Shown here: piece by piece, positions 25,401-33,242 of the stretch
Layout of the letters: each line of letters starts with the position of its first letter
Numbering within the stretch: position 1 is the stretch's first letter
Virus record (IMG/VR): IMGVR_UViG_3300028629_000022
Location: 1 to 39,258 of that record
Source of the DNA: a virus
Lineage: Duplodnaviria > Caudoviricetes
Reading direction: 5' to 3' (one strand)
DNA: 39,258 nt
Translations under genes and position numbers: made by a program
The notes under the pieces: generated by a model
The model's database searches: none
The model's input: the letters and a program-made list of their open reading frames with translations, nothing else
What the model was told of the DNA's origin: nothing

Positions 25401-26592
25401 CCTATTGGGTGGCGTATGGCGCGTTTCCGCCTATGCAAAGGCCCTGGCCTTTCAGTTGGGCAAGGACGTGAAAATCGCCATGAAAAACCCCATTTCCGTC
25501 GAAAATCAGGCCATCACAGAGTTGGATAAGGCCCTTTTGAGCCGTCTAATTAAGACGCATGGGATAGCCGATACCGGGTTCTATGCCACGGAGGGAATGA
25601 AGCGCACAGGGATCGAGCGAGAAGTGAAGGGGTTGGGCGCAAAACTGGCAGGTGACAACCCGCTGGTGAAGGGCGGTCAAAAGGTCGGGCAAGCGTTTGA
25701 GAACAACGCGAAGGTGGCGCACTTTATTCACAAGTTGGAGGACGGGTTCACGCCGGAAGCGGCGGCGGCGTCCGTTCGAAAGTACACGTTCGATTACAGC
25801 GATATTGGGTGGGCCGGACGCAAGGCGCGGCTGGTGATGCCGTTCATCAGTTGGACCATGAAGAACGTGCCTTTGCAGATGGAGGCATTGCTGACGAGGC
25901 CGGGGCTTATGGCCGGGTACGAACGCGCACGAATGACTGGCTTGGGGAAGGACAAGGAAAAGCCGGACGAGGCGTACATGAGCCAGTTTATGATCGAAAA
26001 CTTCCCAATGTACGTCGGGAAGAACAAGGACGGGAATTATATGTACTTCCTTGGCGGCTCGTGGATCCCCGCAGGTGACGTTGGAAGGGTGTTGGGGTCG
26101 GGAAGGAACCTTAAGGAAATAATCAGCGACACCCCTGCGGAGTTTATGAAGGAAATCTTCATGCTCGTCAACCCTCTTTACACGGCCCCGGCGAGGATGG
26201 CGTTCAATTACGACCCGTATTTTGAGGGGAAGGTTCAAAACTTCCCGGGACAGGTTCGGAAGTTGAACGTCGGGCCGGGTGTGAGTGCGGAGTTACCGGC
26301 AAAGGTCGTGTACGGGTTGCGGCAATTCAGGCCGATCAGCGAAGTACATAACCTATTTGCGCCTGATAAACCGATGAAGGCGAACGCGCTTCGTTCGCTG
26401 ACTGGTTTGAAAACCTCTGTGTATGACCCGAAGCGTGGACGTGTTCAGAAGGTTATCGATACTCGAAAGGAGTTGGCCGAGTTGAAGGGGTGGCTGAAAT
26501 ACTACCGTCGCAAGGGCGACGAAAAGAACGTCAAGGCGATTCAGGGAAGGATTGACGAATTGCTTGGGGCGAAGGCGTTAAGGAGCAAGTGA
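22405..26592 (+). CDS. large internal virion / DNA-ejection protein (1395 aa)
   Basis: Size and position; central coiled coil; PAYHARNVVGN and VRKYTFDYSD...PFISWTMKNVP motifs typical of podoviral core proteins. Confidence 0.65.
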   Translation: MARETRVRRRSARGKTAKQTPTFGQRAMGALEAFGEGLNRVVLYPETAAVRAAQESRPVLPAIKAGFKGEDREAWGGVLRNVGVENKPLEMGLNILATPDILVNPFGKTAKGIQLAKAAKLSKGLGAQAKAGERALLTFHVPGHGPVPLTPKFINEPVLGALGKVGGAIKGSKLGKEFRRAFSDTTGIPKMDEYKRRMDNIVRESVVNQTDARIKMDKMVDEIAKKRGWTFEQTQGQMRKLLDYIEAEQSSASQAWKTSRERKALLKLQARLPKVEEKAKASFEAVQKSGYPSTVYKSKYAAKEAKQKLTQAEYKLYQGKKKFAGIAAKGKLSVSRASKEAVKNIREARNEAWESTIHGGVKPGTKLYVDLDAIARRSSRRQAVRLLKDLKEAGYRTTTKRGEGLTPQEYVRAFDLEHVRANPHLPYPQYLKRMAEDAKFTSADAEYDDMLEMARENPYHRKSEYMLNANVAKAEEHEDLLRFLEGGEGGWMKYGFKVEPDVTERARIGSLLKKEDELKVALTKETDPAKAEALSLELKNLQAEKRSVGEAATIRASDDTRKQITEQFNVLKGQHDELETQLAKMYKEGVNRDEIHALQNQLADLKIKMADVDTQSDVFRAAQALNRLEADISKMRFEASKASRLYEDALSTAQVEKGQTFAESVAETKKRYGLLKKDLEKTRGTIARLEANARSGKGVDYGYLNVMRGQAEHLQTEINRIVGGGVGKYIKESEKIDNLVGRIKAKSEKYDEAVNAFRAEAKKGMDEEIEGIAKEIQADMARIAKEGTERQWFEAIEGYMYHYKAEELSEWLKGIPKERSLKALSLWDRTRMHRIFQGKTINEWNNIARSGEIGKYMPELDGFVGRMFDDDAAVLLALRRHAHERLKATDDFWKATRDNLGINSAEFEAAKKKGTIDAGLYEGVKHEAFKDAKNPSGVVWFEKETAKAIADMRKVLEMPENVSQFETLLQRVNSIYKAYTLSLYPAYHARNVVGNVLNNLLGGVWRVSAYAKALAFQLGKDVKIAMKNPISVENQAITELDKALLSRLIKTHGIADTGFYATEGMKRTGIEREVKGLGAKLAGDNPLVKGGQKVGQAFENNAKVAHFIHKLEDGFTPEAAAASVRKYTFDYSDIGWAGRKARLVMPFISWTMKNVPLQMEALLTRPGLMAGYERARMTGLGKDKEKPDEAYMSQFMIENFPMYVGKNKDGNYMYFLGGSWIPAGDVGRVLGSGRNLKEIISDTPAEFMKEIFMLVNPLYTAPARMAFNYDPYFEGKVQNFPGQVRKLNVGPGVSAELPAKVVYGLRQFRPISEVHNLFAPDKPMKANALRSLTGLKTSVYDPKRGRVQKVIDTRKELAELKGWLKYYRRKGDEKNVKAIQGRIDELLGAKALRSK

Positions 26593-26593
26593 C

Positions 26594-27169
26594 ATGAGCG
26601 CGAACATCGAGTCGGCAATCGAACACACGATGTGGTTGGAGGGGAAGTTTTCCAACAACAAGGACGATTCCGGCGGCGCGACGAAGTATGGCGTGACGGA
26701 AGCGACCGCCAGGGCGAAAGGATACCTCGGGCGCATGGAGGATATGCCAATCGAGTTTGCGCGGGACGTGGTTTACCCGGACTATTGGAACCGGGCGTGG
26801 GAGGCGTTGGAGTCGCAAGCGGTGGCGAATGAGTTGTTCGACACGCGGATTAACGCTTTCAAAGTGTCGGATGCGATAGCGCAAGCGGCGGTCAATTCGC
26901 TGAATATGGGTGGGACGCTGTACCCGAATATCCATGTTGACGGGTCGGCGGGACCGAAAACGGTGGATGCGTTGAATATCCTGATACGTCGGGGCGACGA
27001 GGCCGTGTTGTTGAAGGTGATGAACCGCTTGCAGGGGGCTTATTACATTGCATCGGCGGCAGGGGAAGATGCAAAGGCGGGTTGGTTCGCTATGGTGCGA
27101 GGAACGGCTGGTCCTACGAACGAGAAAAACGAAACATTCATGCGCGGGTGGATCAACAAAAGGACGTGA
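26594..27169 (+). CDS. endolysin, glycoside hydrolase family 108 with C-terminal peptidoglycan-binding domain
   Basis: EGKFSNNKDDSGGATKYGVT catalytic motif; VDGSAGPKT; NETFMRGWINKR. Confidence 0.9.
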   Translation: MSANIESAIEHTMWLEGKFSNNKDDSGGATKYGVTEATARAKGYLGRMEDMPIEFARDVVYPDYWNRAWEALESQAVANELFDTRINAFKVSDAIAQAAVNSLNMGGTLYPNIHVDGSAGPKTVDALNILIRRGDEAVLLKVMNRLQGAYYIASAAGEDAKAGWFAMVRGTAGPTNEKNETFMRGWINKRT

Positions 27170-27173
27170 ACGG

Positions 27174-27818
27174 ATGAAAAAAACAATACTCATCGTCGTC
27201 TTGACTTTATTCGTTTCCGTTTGCCATGCTCAAATGGATACGCTGGCGAGGTATATCAAGCGCGTCCATGATACCTCTGTGTCGGGGATTGAACCGATAA
27301 CCGAGAAAAGATCCATTGAGTACTCGACTTACATCAAGCGGTATGCGGCTGAATACGGTAATGACAGGGATATTATCGTCGGTTTGATCGAGTGGGAGTC
27401 TGACGGATTCAGGAATACGGTGGACAAGAAGGGGTCAAGGTCGAAAGTTCTACACACGAGCCAATGGTGTTGGGGTCTTGGGAAATTGAAAGTATCAACA
27501 GCGAATGATTTTGCGAGAAACTTTCTCGGTTGGAATTGCGAATGGATAACCGGGCGCGATCTTCTCTACGATTATCGGTTGAACATCGAATTAACGAGCG
27601 CCTATTACGGGTGGTGTTATGATATCAAGAATGGGAACATTGAAAGGGCTTTGAACGCATACCGGGCGGGTCCGACAGGGGAACGGCGCGGGAATTACAT
27701 GATAAAAATACGGATGCCGGATGGAAAAGTTGAGACAAAACCGTATTCTTATTGGGTAATGACGTGTGTTGACAAGTGGAAAAGGTACAAGGTAAAATAC
27801 GGACTCGATGATGAATGA
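27174..27818 (+). CDS. secreted lytic transglycosylase (SLT-like)
   Basis: Signal peptide MKKTILIVVLTLFVSVCHA; IEWES, GLGKL..STA, NIE and ALNAYRAG SLT motifs. Confidence 0.75.
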   Translation: MKKTILIVVLTLFVSVCHAQMDTLARYIKRVHDTSVSGIEPITEKRSIEYSTYIKRYAAEYGNDRDIIVGLIEWESDGFRNTVDKKGSRSKVLHTSQWCWGLGKLKVSTANDFARNFLGWNCEWITGRDLLYDYRLNIELTSAYYGWCYDIKNGNIERALNAYRAGPTGERRGNYMIKIRMPDGKVETKPYSYWVMTCVDKWKRYKVKYGLDDE

Positions 27819-27833
27819 CGAGGCTAACCCATT

Positions 27834-28388
27834 GTGGAGGGCGCTTTGAAAAAATACGAGAAATACGGGTTGTATGTGGGTGTCGCGCTATTCCTAATCA
27901 CTACCATAATTTTAAGTATCCATCTTGTGAAAACGATGGATGAGAAAAAGACTTTGCAAGATTCCTTGACCGTTTCCGAGGCCATGAACAAGACGCTGGA
28001 AACGGACCTCAAGACGGCCAAGGCGCGTGTCGTGTACAAGAAGGTCTATTACCCCGCGTCGGAAGGCGGCGGTCTGCAAGAGGAAAGCGGAGAAAGCGAA
28101 ACGGACGTGTCCGAGGCGGTGAGCAAGGCGATCGAGCAGTATTCGTCGGAGAACGAACGACTTACCGAAGAAAATGCCGAGTTGAAAAAGTGGCTTGAGT
28201 TGAAAAGCGATTCGGTGTCGTGGGCGTTCGGCGCCAATGCCGATCTCCCGGTTTGGGATGAAGTGAAGTTGAACAGCGTTCGCGGGACTAGGAAGATCAT
28301 CCGTGTCCTGGGGATGGAAACCTGGGCCGGGTTGGGATGGGATTTCAACGTCAAAAAGACGCAGTTGTGCGCCGACGTAAAGTTTTAA
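27834..28388 (+). CDS. spanin-like protein (N-terminal TM, coiled coil, C-terminal beta-strands)
   Basis: TM YVGVALFLITTIILSIHLV, heptad region, aromatic beta-strand C-terminus; lies next to the lysins. Confidence 0.5.
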   Translation: MEGALKKYEKYGLYVGVALFLITTIILSIHLVKTMDEKKTLQDSLTVSEAMNKTLETDLKTAKARVVYKKVYYPASEGGGLQEESGESETDVSEAVSKAIEQYSSENERLTEENAELKKWLELKSDSVSWAFGANADLPVWDEVKLNSVRGTRKIIRVLGMETWAGLGWDFNVKKTQLCADVKF

Positions 28389-28407
28389 CTAAAAAGGAGT
28401 AAGGCAA

Positions 28408-29058
28408 ATGGCGAACGATTACAGTACGGCGGGGTCGAAGCATGAGAACTACGGCCAAATGAACATCAAGGCCGGGATTCTCCCGAAGGAAATGGACATG
28501 ATCGCGGCCTACATCTTCGGATACCAGAAGATCAAGGACGCTTACGGGCGGCCCATGATGTTCTTCCGCGACGTGCAGACGCGGAAGGTTATCACGCCGT
28601 ATGAGCGCATCATCCATGCGATCCGGGCCTTGTGTCAGACGGAGTTCATTTTCAAGTACTTGCGGTACGACAAGAACGACAATCAGGTTTTCTGCAAGGG
28701 ACGCGGCGCCGTGTCGGACGACGAACAGGCGGAAACGGAGCAGAAATGGAACGCCATCCTCAAGTGGGATTTGGCGTACCTGAACAAGTGCCTTTCCGAT
28801 TGGGGCGCGGCTGTCGAAAAGTTGGGGTTTCAGCGGTGCGAGATCCCGCCTATTGCCCTGACCGAATCGACCGGCAAGGTGAACATCGAAACCGTTGGTA
28901 CAGAGAAGCATGATCGGGTCAAGGAAATGATCGGTTCCGCGAAGCCGAAGATGAAGAAGGGCGAGGAAATGGAGCGCGTGCCGGATGAAGTGAAACCGCC
29001 TGACGCTCCGAAGCGTGGTCGTCCGAAGAAGGCCGAAGTGGAAGCGCCTGAAAATTAA
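28408..29058 (+). CDS. hypothetical protein (216 aa)
   Basis: AAGGAG SD, biased codons, C-terminal PKRGRPKK AT-hook-like motif. Confidence 0.7.
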   Translation: MANDYSTAGSKHENYGQMNIKAGILPKEMDMIAAYIFGYQKIKDAYGRPMMFFRDVQTRKVITPYERIIHAIRALCQTEFIFKYLRYDKNDNQVFCKGRGAVSDDEQAETEQKWNAILKWDLAYLNKCLSDWGAAVEKLGFQRCEIPPIALTESTGKVNIETVGTEKHDRVKEMIGSAKPKMKKGEEMERVPDEVKPPDAPKRGRPKKAEVEAPEN

Positions 29059-29104
29059 CAACACCCTTTCCTTCGCCTGTTGGGCCGGGGAGCGTAATTG
29101 ACCC

Positions 29105-29133
29105 TTGCGTTCCCCGGCGATTTATGGTACAAT
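29105..29133 (+). promoter_or_regulatory. sigma70-type promoter of the recombination/replication operon
   Basis: TTGCGT-17 bp-TACAAT with TG extended -10. Confidence 0.65.
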
Positions 29134-29170
29134 GCGGTTGAAGTAAAGATACGAGAAATACGGTGAACCG

Positions 29171-29440
29171 ATGAACGAAACAGCCGAGCAAACAACCTAC
29201 AAAACGGACACCTTGCGCCTTGCGGCATATCTTTGTGTCTGTGGGTACGATTACACTTGTGCGAAAACGGAAGGCATGGAGCCGAAAGCCGTTTTCACCT
29301 TCTACGATACCGACGGGAAAATCAAGGTTCACGTCACCGAGTACATGACGGAAAATGTCGTGCTACACCTTCCGGCCTACAACAAGACGGTGAAAAGAAT
29401 GTTGCGAGAGGTACACAAGATCATGGGGAGCGCACGATGA
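29171..29440 (+). CDS. DUF5659-like small protein
   Basis: YKTDTLRLAAYL..GY...AVFTF pattern. Confidence 0.6.
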   Translation: MNETAEQTTYKTDTLRLAAYLCVCGYDYTCAKTEGMEPKAVFTFYDTDGKIKVHVTEYMTENVVLHLPAYNKTVKRMLREVHKIMGSAR

Positions 29441-30324
29441 ACCATATATCATCTTCGCAGGTGCGGATGGTGCATGAGTGCGAAATGCAATGGTATTTCC
29501 GGTATGTGATGAACAAGATAGCGCCGCCTGGGGTGGCGTTGGTGTTGGGGTCGTCTTTCGACAAGTCCGTGAACGTCAATTTCGAGCAAAAAGTCAAGAC
29601 ACAAGAGGACGTGAAGGAGTCTGTCGTTACTGACGCCTTCGTGCAGGAATATCATAACGGGATCAAGGAAGCTGACGTTACGATGGAGCAGGAGGAAGGA
29701 GAAAGCCGGGAAAAGTACGTCCAGAAAATCGAGGATGCGGGTCTATCAATGGTGCGGACGTTCCACAACGGACACGCGAAGTATTTCATGCCGAAAATGG
29801 TACAGGCGAAGTTCACCTACAATTTGAGCGGGACGGAAAATCCTTGGTCCGTGTTGGGGTATATCGACCATATATCGCTGACGGTGCAATTCAAGGTGGA
29901 AGAAACGAAGTCGGGGAAGGCCCTGCTGGTGCCGACTGGGAAGCTCGGGGCAAAGACGAGCGTGTACGATAACAAGACGGCGACCAATGCGCCGGCGGAC
30001 GGGGAAGTGAACAAGTCGTGGCAATTACCGAATTACTCCCTTGGGCACTATCTGTTGACGGGCGCGTATCCCGAAAAGACGGGCCTCGTATTCACGACGA
30101 GGCCGACCGTCAAGACGGAACCGAAAGTGGTGTATCAGGAGCGCATCTGCACGTCGGACGATACCGACCGGCTCATGGCCCGGTACAGCGCCGCGATCAA
30201 GACGATGGAGGCGTTGAAGGACGGCAAGATCGAGCCGAAGGGAGCTAGCGAGGGGAGCCATCTTTGTACCCCGCGATTTTGCGGGTATTGGAGCCAATGC
30301 AAGTTGCGAAGGAGGGAGTTATGA
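29437..30324 (+). CDS. PD-(D/E)XK Cas4/AddB-like exonuclease
   Basis: ISSSQV..HEC, ALVLGS, GYIDHI, DNKT, QLPNY and C-terminal C-x4-C-x5-C Fe-S staple. Confidence 0.85.
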   Translation: MNHISSSQVRMVHECEMQWYFRYVMNKIAPPGVALVLGSSFDKSVNVNFEQKVKTQEDVKESVVTDAFVQEYHNGIKEADVTMEQEEGESREKYVQKIEDAGLSMVRTFHNGHAKYFMPKMVQAKFTYNLSGTENPWSVLGYIDHISLTVQFKVEETKSGKALLVPTGKLGAKTSVYDNKTATNAPADGEVNKSWQLPNYSLGHYLLTGAYPEKTGLVFTTRPTVKTEPKVVYQERICTSDDTDRLMARYSAAIKTMEALKDGKIEPKGASEGSHLCTPRFCGYWSQCKLRRREL

Positions 30325-30494
30325 CCCGCCCGCAAACGGTTGTAGAGGCGAAGCCGTGCGCCAAGTGCCACCAACAGCCGATACTGGAAAACATCGGGTG
30401 GTGGGTGTGCCGTTGCTGTGACAATGCGATTGAAGGGCACGGCAAGACGAGGGAAGAAGCGGTGGTGGATTGGAACAAGAAGAACGGCGGATAG
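30321..30494 (+). CDS. Lar-like restriction-alleviation zinc-ribbon protein
   Basis: KPCAKC...CRCC...TREEAVVDWN pattern; GGAGGGAG SD. Confidence 0.6.
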   Translation: MTRPQTVVEAKPCAKCHQQPILENIGWWVCRCCDNAIEGHGKTREEAVVDWNKKNGG

Positions 30495-30535
30495 CGCAGT
30501 ACCCGGAAACGGGATTCTACTACTAGAGGTGAAAG

Positions 30536-30838
30536 ATGAAAAAGGGAACGTATGTGATGGTCAGGACGTACTCGGCGGGAGTTTTCGCCGGGACATTGAA
30601 ATCGGAGGTCAACACGCCTTCGGGGAAGGAGGTCGTGCTTACCAATGCCAGGAGAATGTGGTACTGGTCGGGCGCGGCTTCGCTGTCGCAGTTGGCGACG
30701 GACGGGACTTCTAATCCTAGCGGTTGCAAGTTCCCGTGTCCTGTGTCAGAGGTGGTGCTTCCAAACACCATCGAGATGATCCCAATCACGAAGGTCGCCA
30801 AAAAGTCCATCGAGTCGGTTCCTGTTTGGAAGGCGTAG
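30536..30838 (+). CDS. DUF6948-like Sm-fold phage protein
   Basis: YVMVRTYSAGVFAG...VVLTNARRMWYWSGAASLSQLA motif. Confidence 0.75.
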   Translation: MKKGTYVMVRTYSAGVFAGTLKSEVNTPSGKEVVLTNARRMWYWSGAASLSQLATDGTSNPSGCKFPCPVSEVVLPNTIEMIPITKVAKKSIESVPVWKA

Positions 30839-30914
30839 TAATACGGCGGGGTTGTCCCGCCGCGACTGGATAAGGTCCAGTTACGGAAGGACAACGCCAC
30901 GGGAAGGGGATGAC

Positions 30915-31127
30915 ATGAGCGACGAAAATAACACCGGTTACGGTGACGGTGACGGTTCCGGTGACGGTTACGGTGACGGTTCCGGTTACGGTTACGGTTA
31001 CGGTTCCGGTTCCGGTTACGGTTACGGTTACGGTTACGGTGACGGTTACGGTGACGGTTCCGGTTCCGGTTCCGGTTCCGGTTCCGGTTCCGGTTACGGT
31101 GACGGTGACGCCACGGGAAGGGGATGA
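30915..31127 (+). CDS. Gly-rich micro-protein 1, MSDENNT-(G[YDS])29-ATGRG (70 aa)
   Basis: SD GAAGGGG then ATG 30915; TGA-C-ATG coupling to the next ORF. Confidence 0.65.
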   Translation: MSDENNTGYGDGDGSGDGYGDGSGYGYGYGSGSGYGYGYGYGDGYGDGSGSGSGSGSGSGYGDGDATGRG

Positions 31128-31128
31128 C

Positions 31129-31221
31129 ATGAGCGACGAAAATAACACCGGTTACGGTGACGGTGACGGTTCCGGTGACGGTTCCGGTGACGGTTACGGT
31201 GACGCCACGGGAAGGGGATGA
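31129..31221 (+). CDS. Gly-rich micro-protein 2, MSDENNT-(G[YDS])9-ATGRG (30 aa)
   Basis: Identical SD/start context to micro-protein 1. Confidence 0.55.
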   Translation: MSDENNTGYGDGDGSGDGSGDGYGDATGRG

Positions 31222-31222
31222 C

Positions 31223-31567
31223 ATGAGCGACGAACAAAAAAAAGACGAACAAATAGCGGGAGTGTTTATCGTGATTGGCATTATTTTGGTATTGATTATT
31301 GCGGTTGGAGTTTATCGGACGTTTCATCCAGTTCCGAGTGCTGAAATTACTTACATGAACGGGCAGAGGGTTGTTGTCATTAAAGGACACAGGACGTATG
31401 ACGGACCAGCTACATACCTGTATTACATGGCCGGGAAGCCGGACCCGGTATTGTCGATTACGGACCCGATACCGGATGAACAACGTCGTTGCAACGTCTG
31501 GTTTATCATAGACCTGGAAGGCAACACCTACAAAACAACGTCATTCACTTGGCGAAGGATCAACTGA
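31223..31567 (+). CDS. single-TM hypothetical protein (114 aa)
   Basis: Starts in the third 33-bp repeat; TM IAGVFIVIGIILVLIIAVGVY. Confidence 0.7.
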   Translation: MSDEQKKDEQIAGVFIVIGIILVLIIAVGVYRTFHPVPSAEITYMNGQRVVVIKGHRTYDGPATYLYYMAGKPDPVLSITDPIPDEQRRCNVWFIIDLEGNTYKTTSFTWRRIN

Positions 31568-31568
31568 C

Positions 31569-31973
31569 ATGGACGTTATCGAATTGGCTACGGCTTGCAA
31601 GAAGGCGGCAGAGGCGGGGTCGTGCGTGGACGTTATCAAGGCGTGTGATTATGTGTTGGGGCCTGCGTTCCAGTTCAAGGCCACGGTTGAAGAATGGTCT
31701 TTCGTGGTGGCGGGGCGTCCTGGGGAACCACCGGCGAAGTGGATGCCGAGGATCATGGGGAACGTGTCGGGCCATCCGGTATATTCGGATGGAAGCAAGT
31801 TTATGAGCGAGGCGATCTGTTCCATTGACCCCGAGAATAGGTTGGTCGTGACGAGTCGTGGCGTGTATGTGTTGGGGGAGGTTGACGAGACTTTCAGGGA
31901 CAAGGTTTTTGGAGGGTCGTCGGAACAGGCGATACTGGCGAAGTATGCGGAAATACTCAAGGGGGTGGCGTGA
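31569..31973 (+). CDS. hypothetical protein
   Basis: Coupled ORF; GNVSGHPVYSDG...VVTSRGVYVLG pattern seen in phage hypotheticals. Confidence 0.7.
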   Translation: MDVIELATACKKAAEAGSCVDVIKACDYVLGPAFQFKATVEEWSFVVAGRPGEPPAKWMPRIMGNVSGHPVYSDGSKFMSEAICSIDPENRLVVTSRGVYVLGEVDETFRDKVFGGSSEQAILAKYAEILKGVA

Positions 31974-32182
31974 TGAGCGCGATCATCATGTTTGTAAACA
32001 TGGTGCTGTGCTTTGTTTCGGGAGCAGTTTTACTGCACCTGAACAAACTCGGGTACTGTTGGCTTTTTTCCGGTGATGCGATATTGATTGCCGGATTGCT
32101 GTTCGGAGTGGGGATTCTCAACGGGTTCATGGGTCTTGGGTTTTGGTTTGAAAAAACGGAAACGGGAGGGTTTCAATGGTGA
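31970..32182 (+). CDS. small two-TM membrane protein
   Basis: Two hydrophobic segments; coupled to both neighbours. Confidence 0.6.
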   Translation: MMSAIIMFVNMVLCFVSGAVLLHLNKLGYCWLFSGDAILIAGLLFGVGILNGFMGLGFWFEKTETGGFQW

Positions 32183-33240
32183 AGCCGGATTTGCAACCTC
32201 AAACGCAGGGAGAGGACAAGCCGAAGGACAAGGGCATCGTGAAGTTTTCGAGCATCATCAAGTTGCCGAACGTGCAGGAGCAGTTCAAGAATCTGCTCAA
32301 GGAGCGTTCTTCGCAGTTCCTTGCGTCGGTCTTGAACGTGGTGACGGCAGATCAAAACCTGTCGAGGATCGCGCAAGTCAATTCCGCTTCGATCATCAAG
32401 GCGGCGGCACAAGCGGCGGCGCTGGACCTCCCCATTGACAAGAACCTGGGGTATGCGTGGCTCATCCCTTACGGGAACGAGGCGCAATTCCAGATGGGAT
32501 GGAAGGGGTTCGTGCAGTTGTGCCTTCGGACGGGGATCTACAAGGTCATGTCCCTGGCCTACGTAGTGAACCTGCGGAAGTGGAACCCGCTCACCGAGGA
32601 ATTGGACGCCGACTACGACGAGAAGTTGAACACCAAGGAGCCGGTCGGCTTTGCGTTCCACTTCTCAACGGTGAACGGGTTTCAAAAGACAGCATACATG
32701 ACGAGGGAAGCCCTTTTGAATCACGGAAAGCGGTTCAGCAAGGCGTTCAATTCCGGTCCTTGGCAGACGGATACCAACGCCATGTGCGCCAAAACGCTGG
32801 TGAAAATGACCCTCTCCAAGTGGGGGTACATGAGTATCGAAATGCAACGGGCGTTCAAGGTGGATCAGGCCGTCATTCGGAACGACGACCTGGACAAGCC
32901 GGATGCCGTGTCTTACGAAGCGCCCGGGGAGGAAGTCGCGGAGGCACCGGAGCCGGTCAAGCCGGTTATCGAAGTCACGGCGACGGTCAATCCTCCTGCA
33001 ACGGACGAAAGCAAGAAGGACGAGCCGATGGAGGATGCCCCTGCGGAGGAAGCGCCGCCCGAAAACTTCAATGCCACCTCTGAAATGGCAACGCTCAAAC
33101 AACGAATGGTAATGGCTACTTCAACAAAAGCGTTGAATGGCATCTATCATTCGTCCGAAACGATGCCGTTTAACGAGACACAAAAGAAGTCGTTGTACAC
33201 CTGGTATCAGGCAGAGTTGAAGCGCATTTCGGGGGTCTGA
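32176..33240 (+). CDS. recT: RecT-family single-strand annealing recombinase
   Basis: LDLPIDKNLGYAWLIPY, AQFQMGWKGFVQLCLRTG, PWQTD..AMCAKT and LSKWG motifs. Confidence 0.9.
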   Translation: MVKPDLQPQTQGEDKPKDKGIVKFSSIIKLPNVQEQFKNLLKERSSQFLASVLNVVTADQNLSRIAQVNSASIIKAAAQAAALDLPIDKNLGYAWLIPYGNEAQFQMGWKGFVQLCLRTGIYKVMSLAYVVNLRKWNPLTEELDADYDEKLNTKEPVGFAFHFSTVNGFQKTAYMTREALLNHGKRFSKAFNSGPWQTDTNAMCAKTLVKMTLSKWGYMSIEMQRAFKVDQAVIRNDDLDKPDAVSYEAPGEEVAEAPEPVKPVIEVTATVNPPATDESKKDEPMEDAPAEEAPPENFNATSEMATLKQRMVMATSTKALNGIYHSSETMPFNETQKKSLYTWYQAELKRISGV

Positions 33241-33242
33241 CC

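Larger units (their letters stand above)
30894..31234 (+). repeat. three exact 33-bp direct repeats enclosing GGT(TAC/GAC/TCC) hexamer arrays
   Basis: ACGCCACGGGAAGGGGATGACATGAGCGACGAA at 30894, 31108 and 31202. Confidence 0.95.

Noticed and set aside
25891-25925. Second hammerhead-like core CTGACGA-GGCC...GGCC
   Set aside because: No GAAA follows stem II and it lies inside a long coding sequence.
30894-31234. CRISPR array (three 33-bp repeats, Cas4-like gene nearby)
   Set aside because: The intervening sequences are 181 and 61 bp of hexamer repeats, the repeats contain SD/stop/start and are not palindromic, and there is no cas operon. The nuclease fits a RecT partner.
30523-31483. RNRH- and VTVT-repeat ORFs in alternative frames
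   Set aside because: These are shadow frames of the stop-free hexamer array. Only the Gly-X frame has a matching SD, start and stop.
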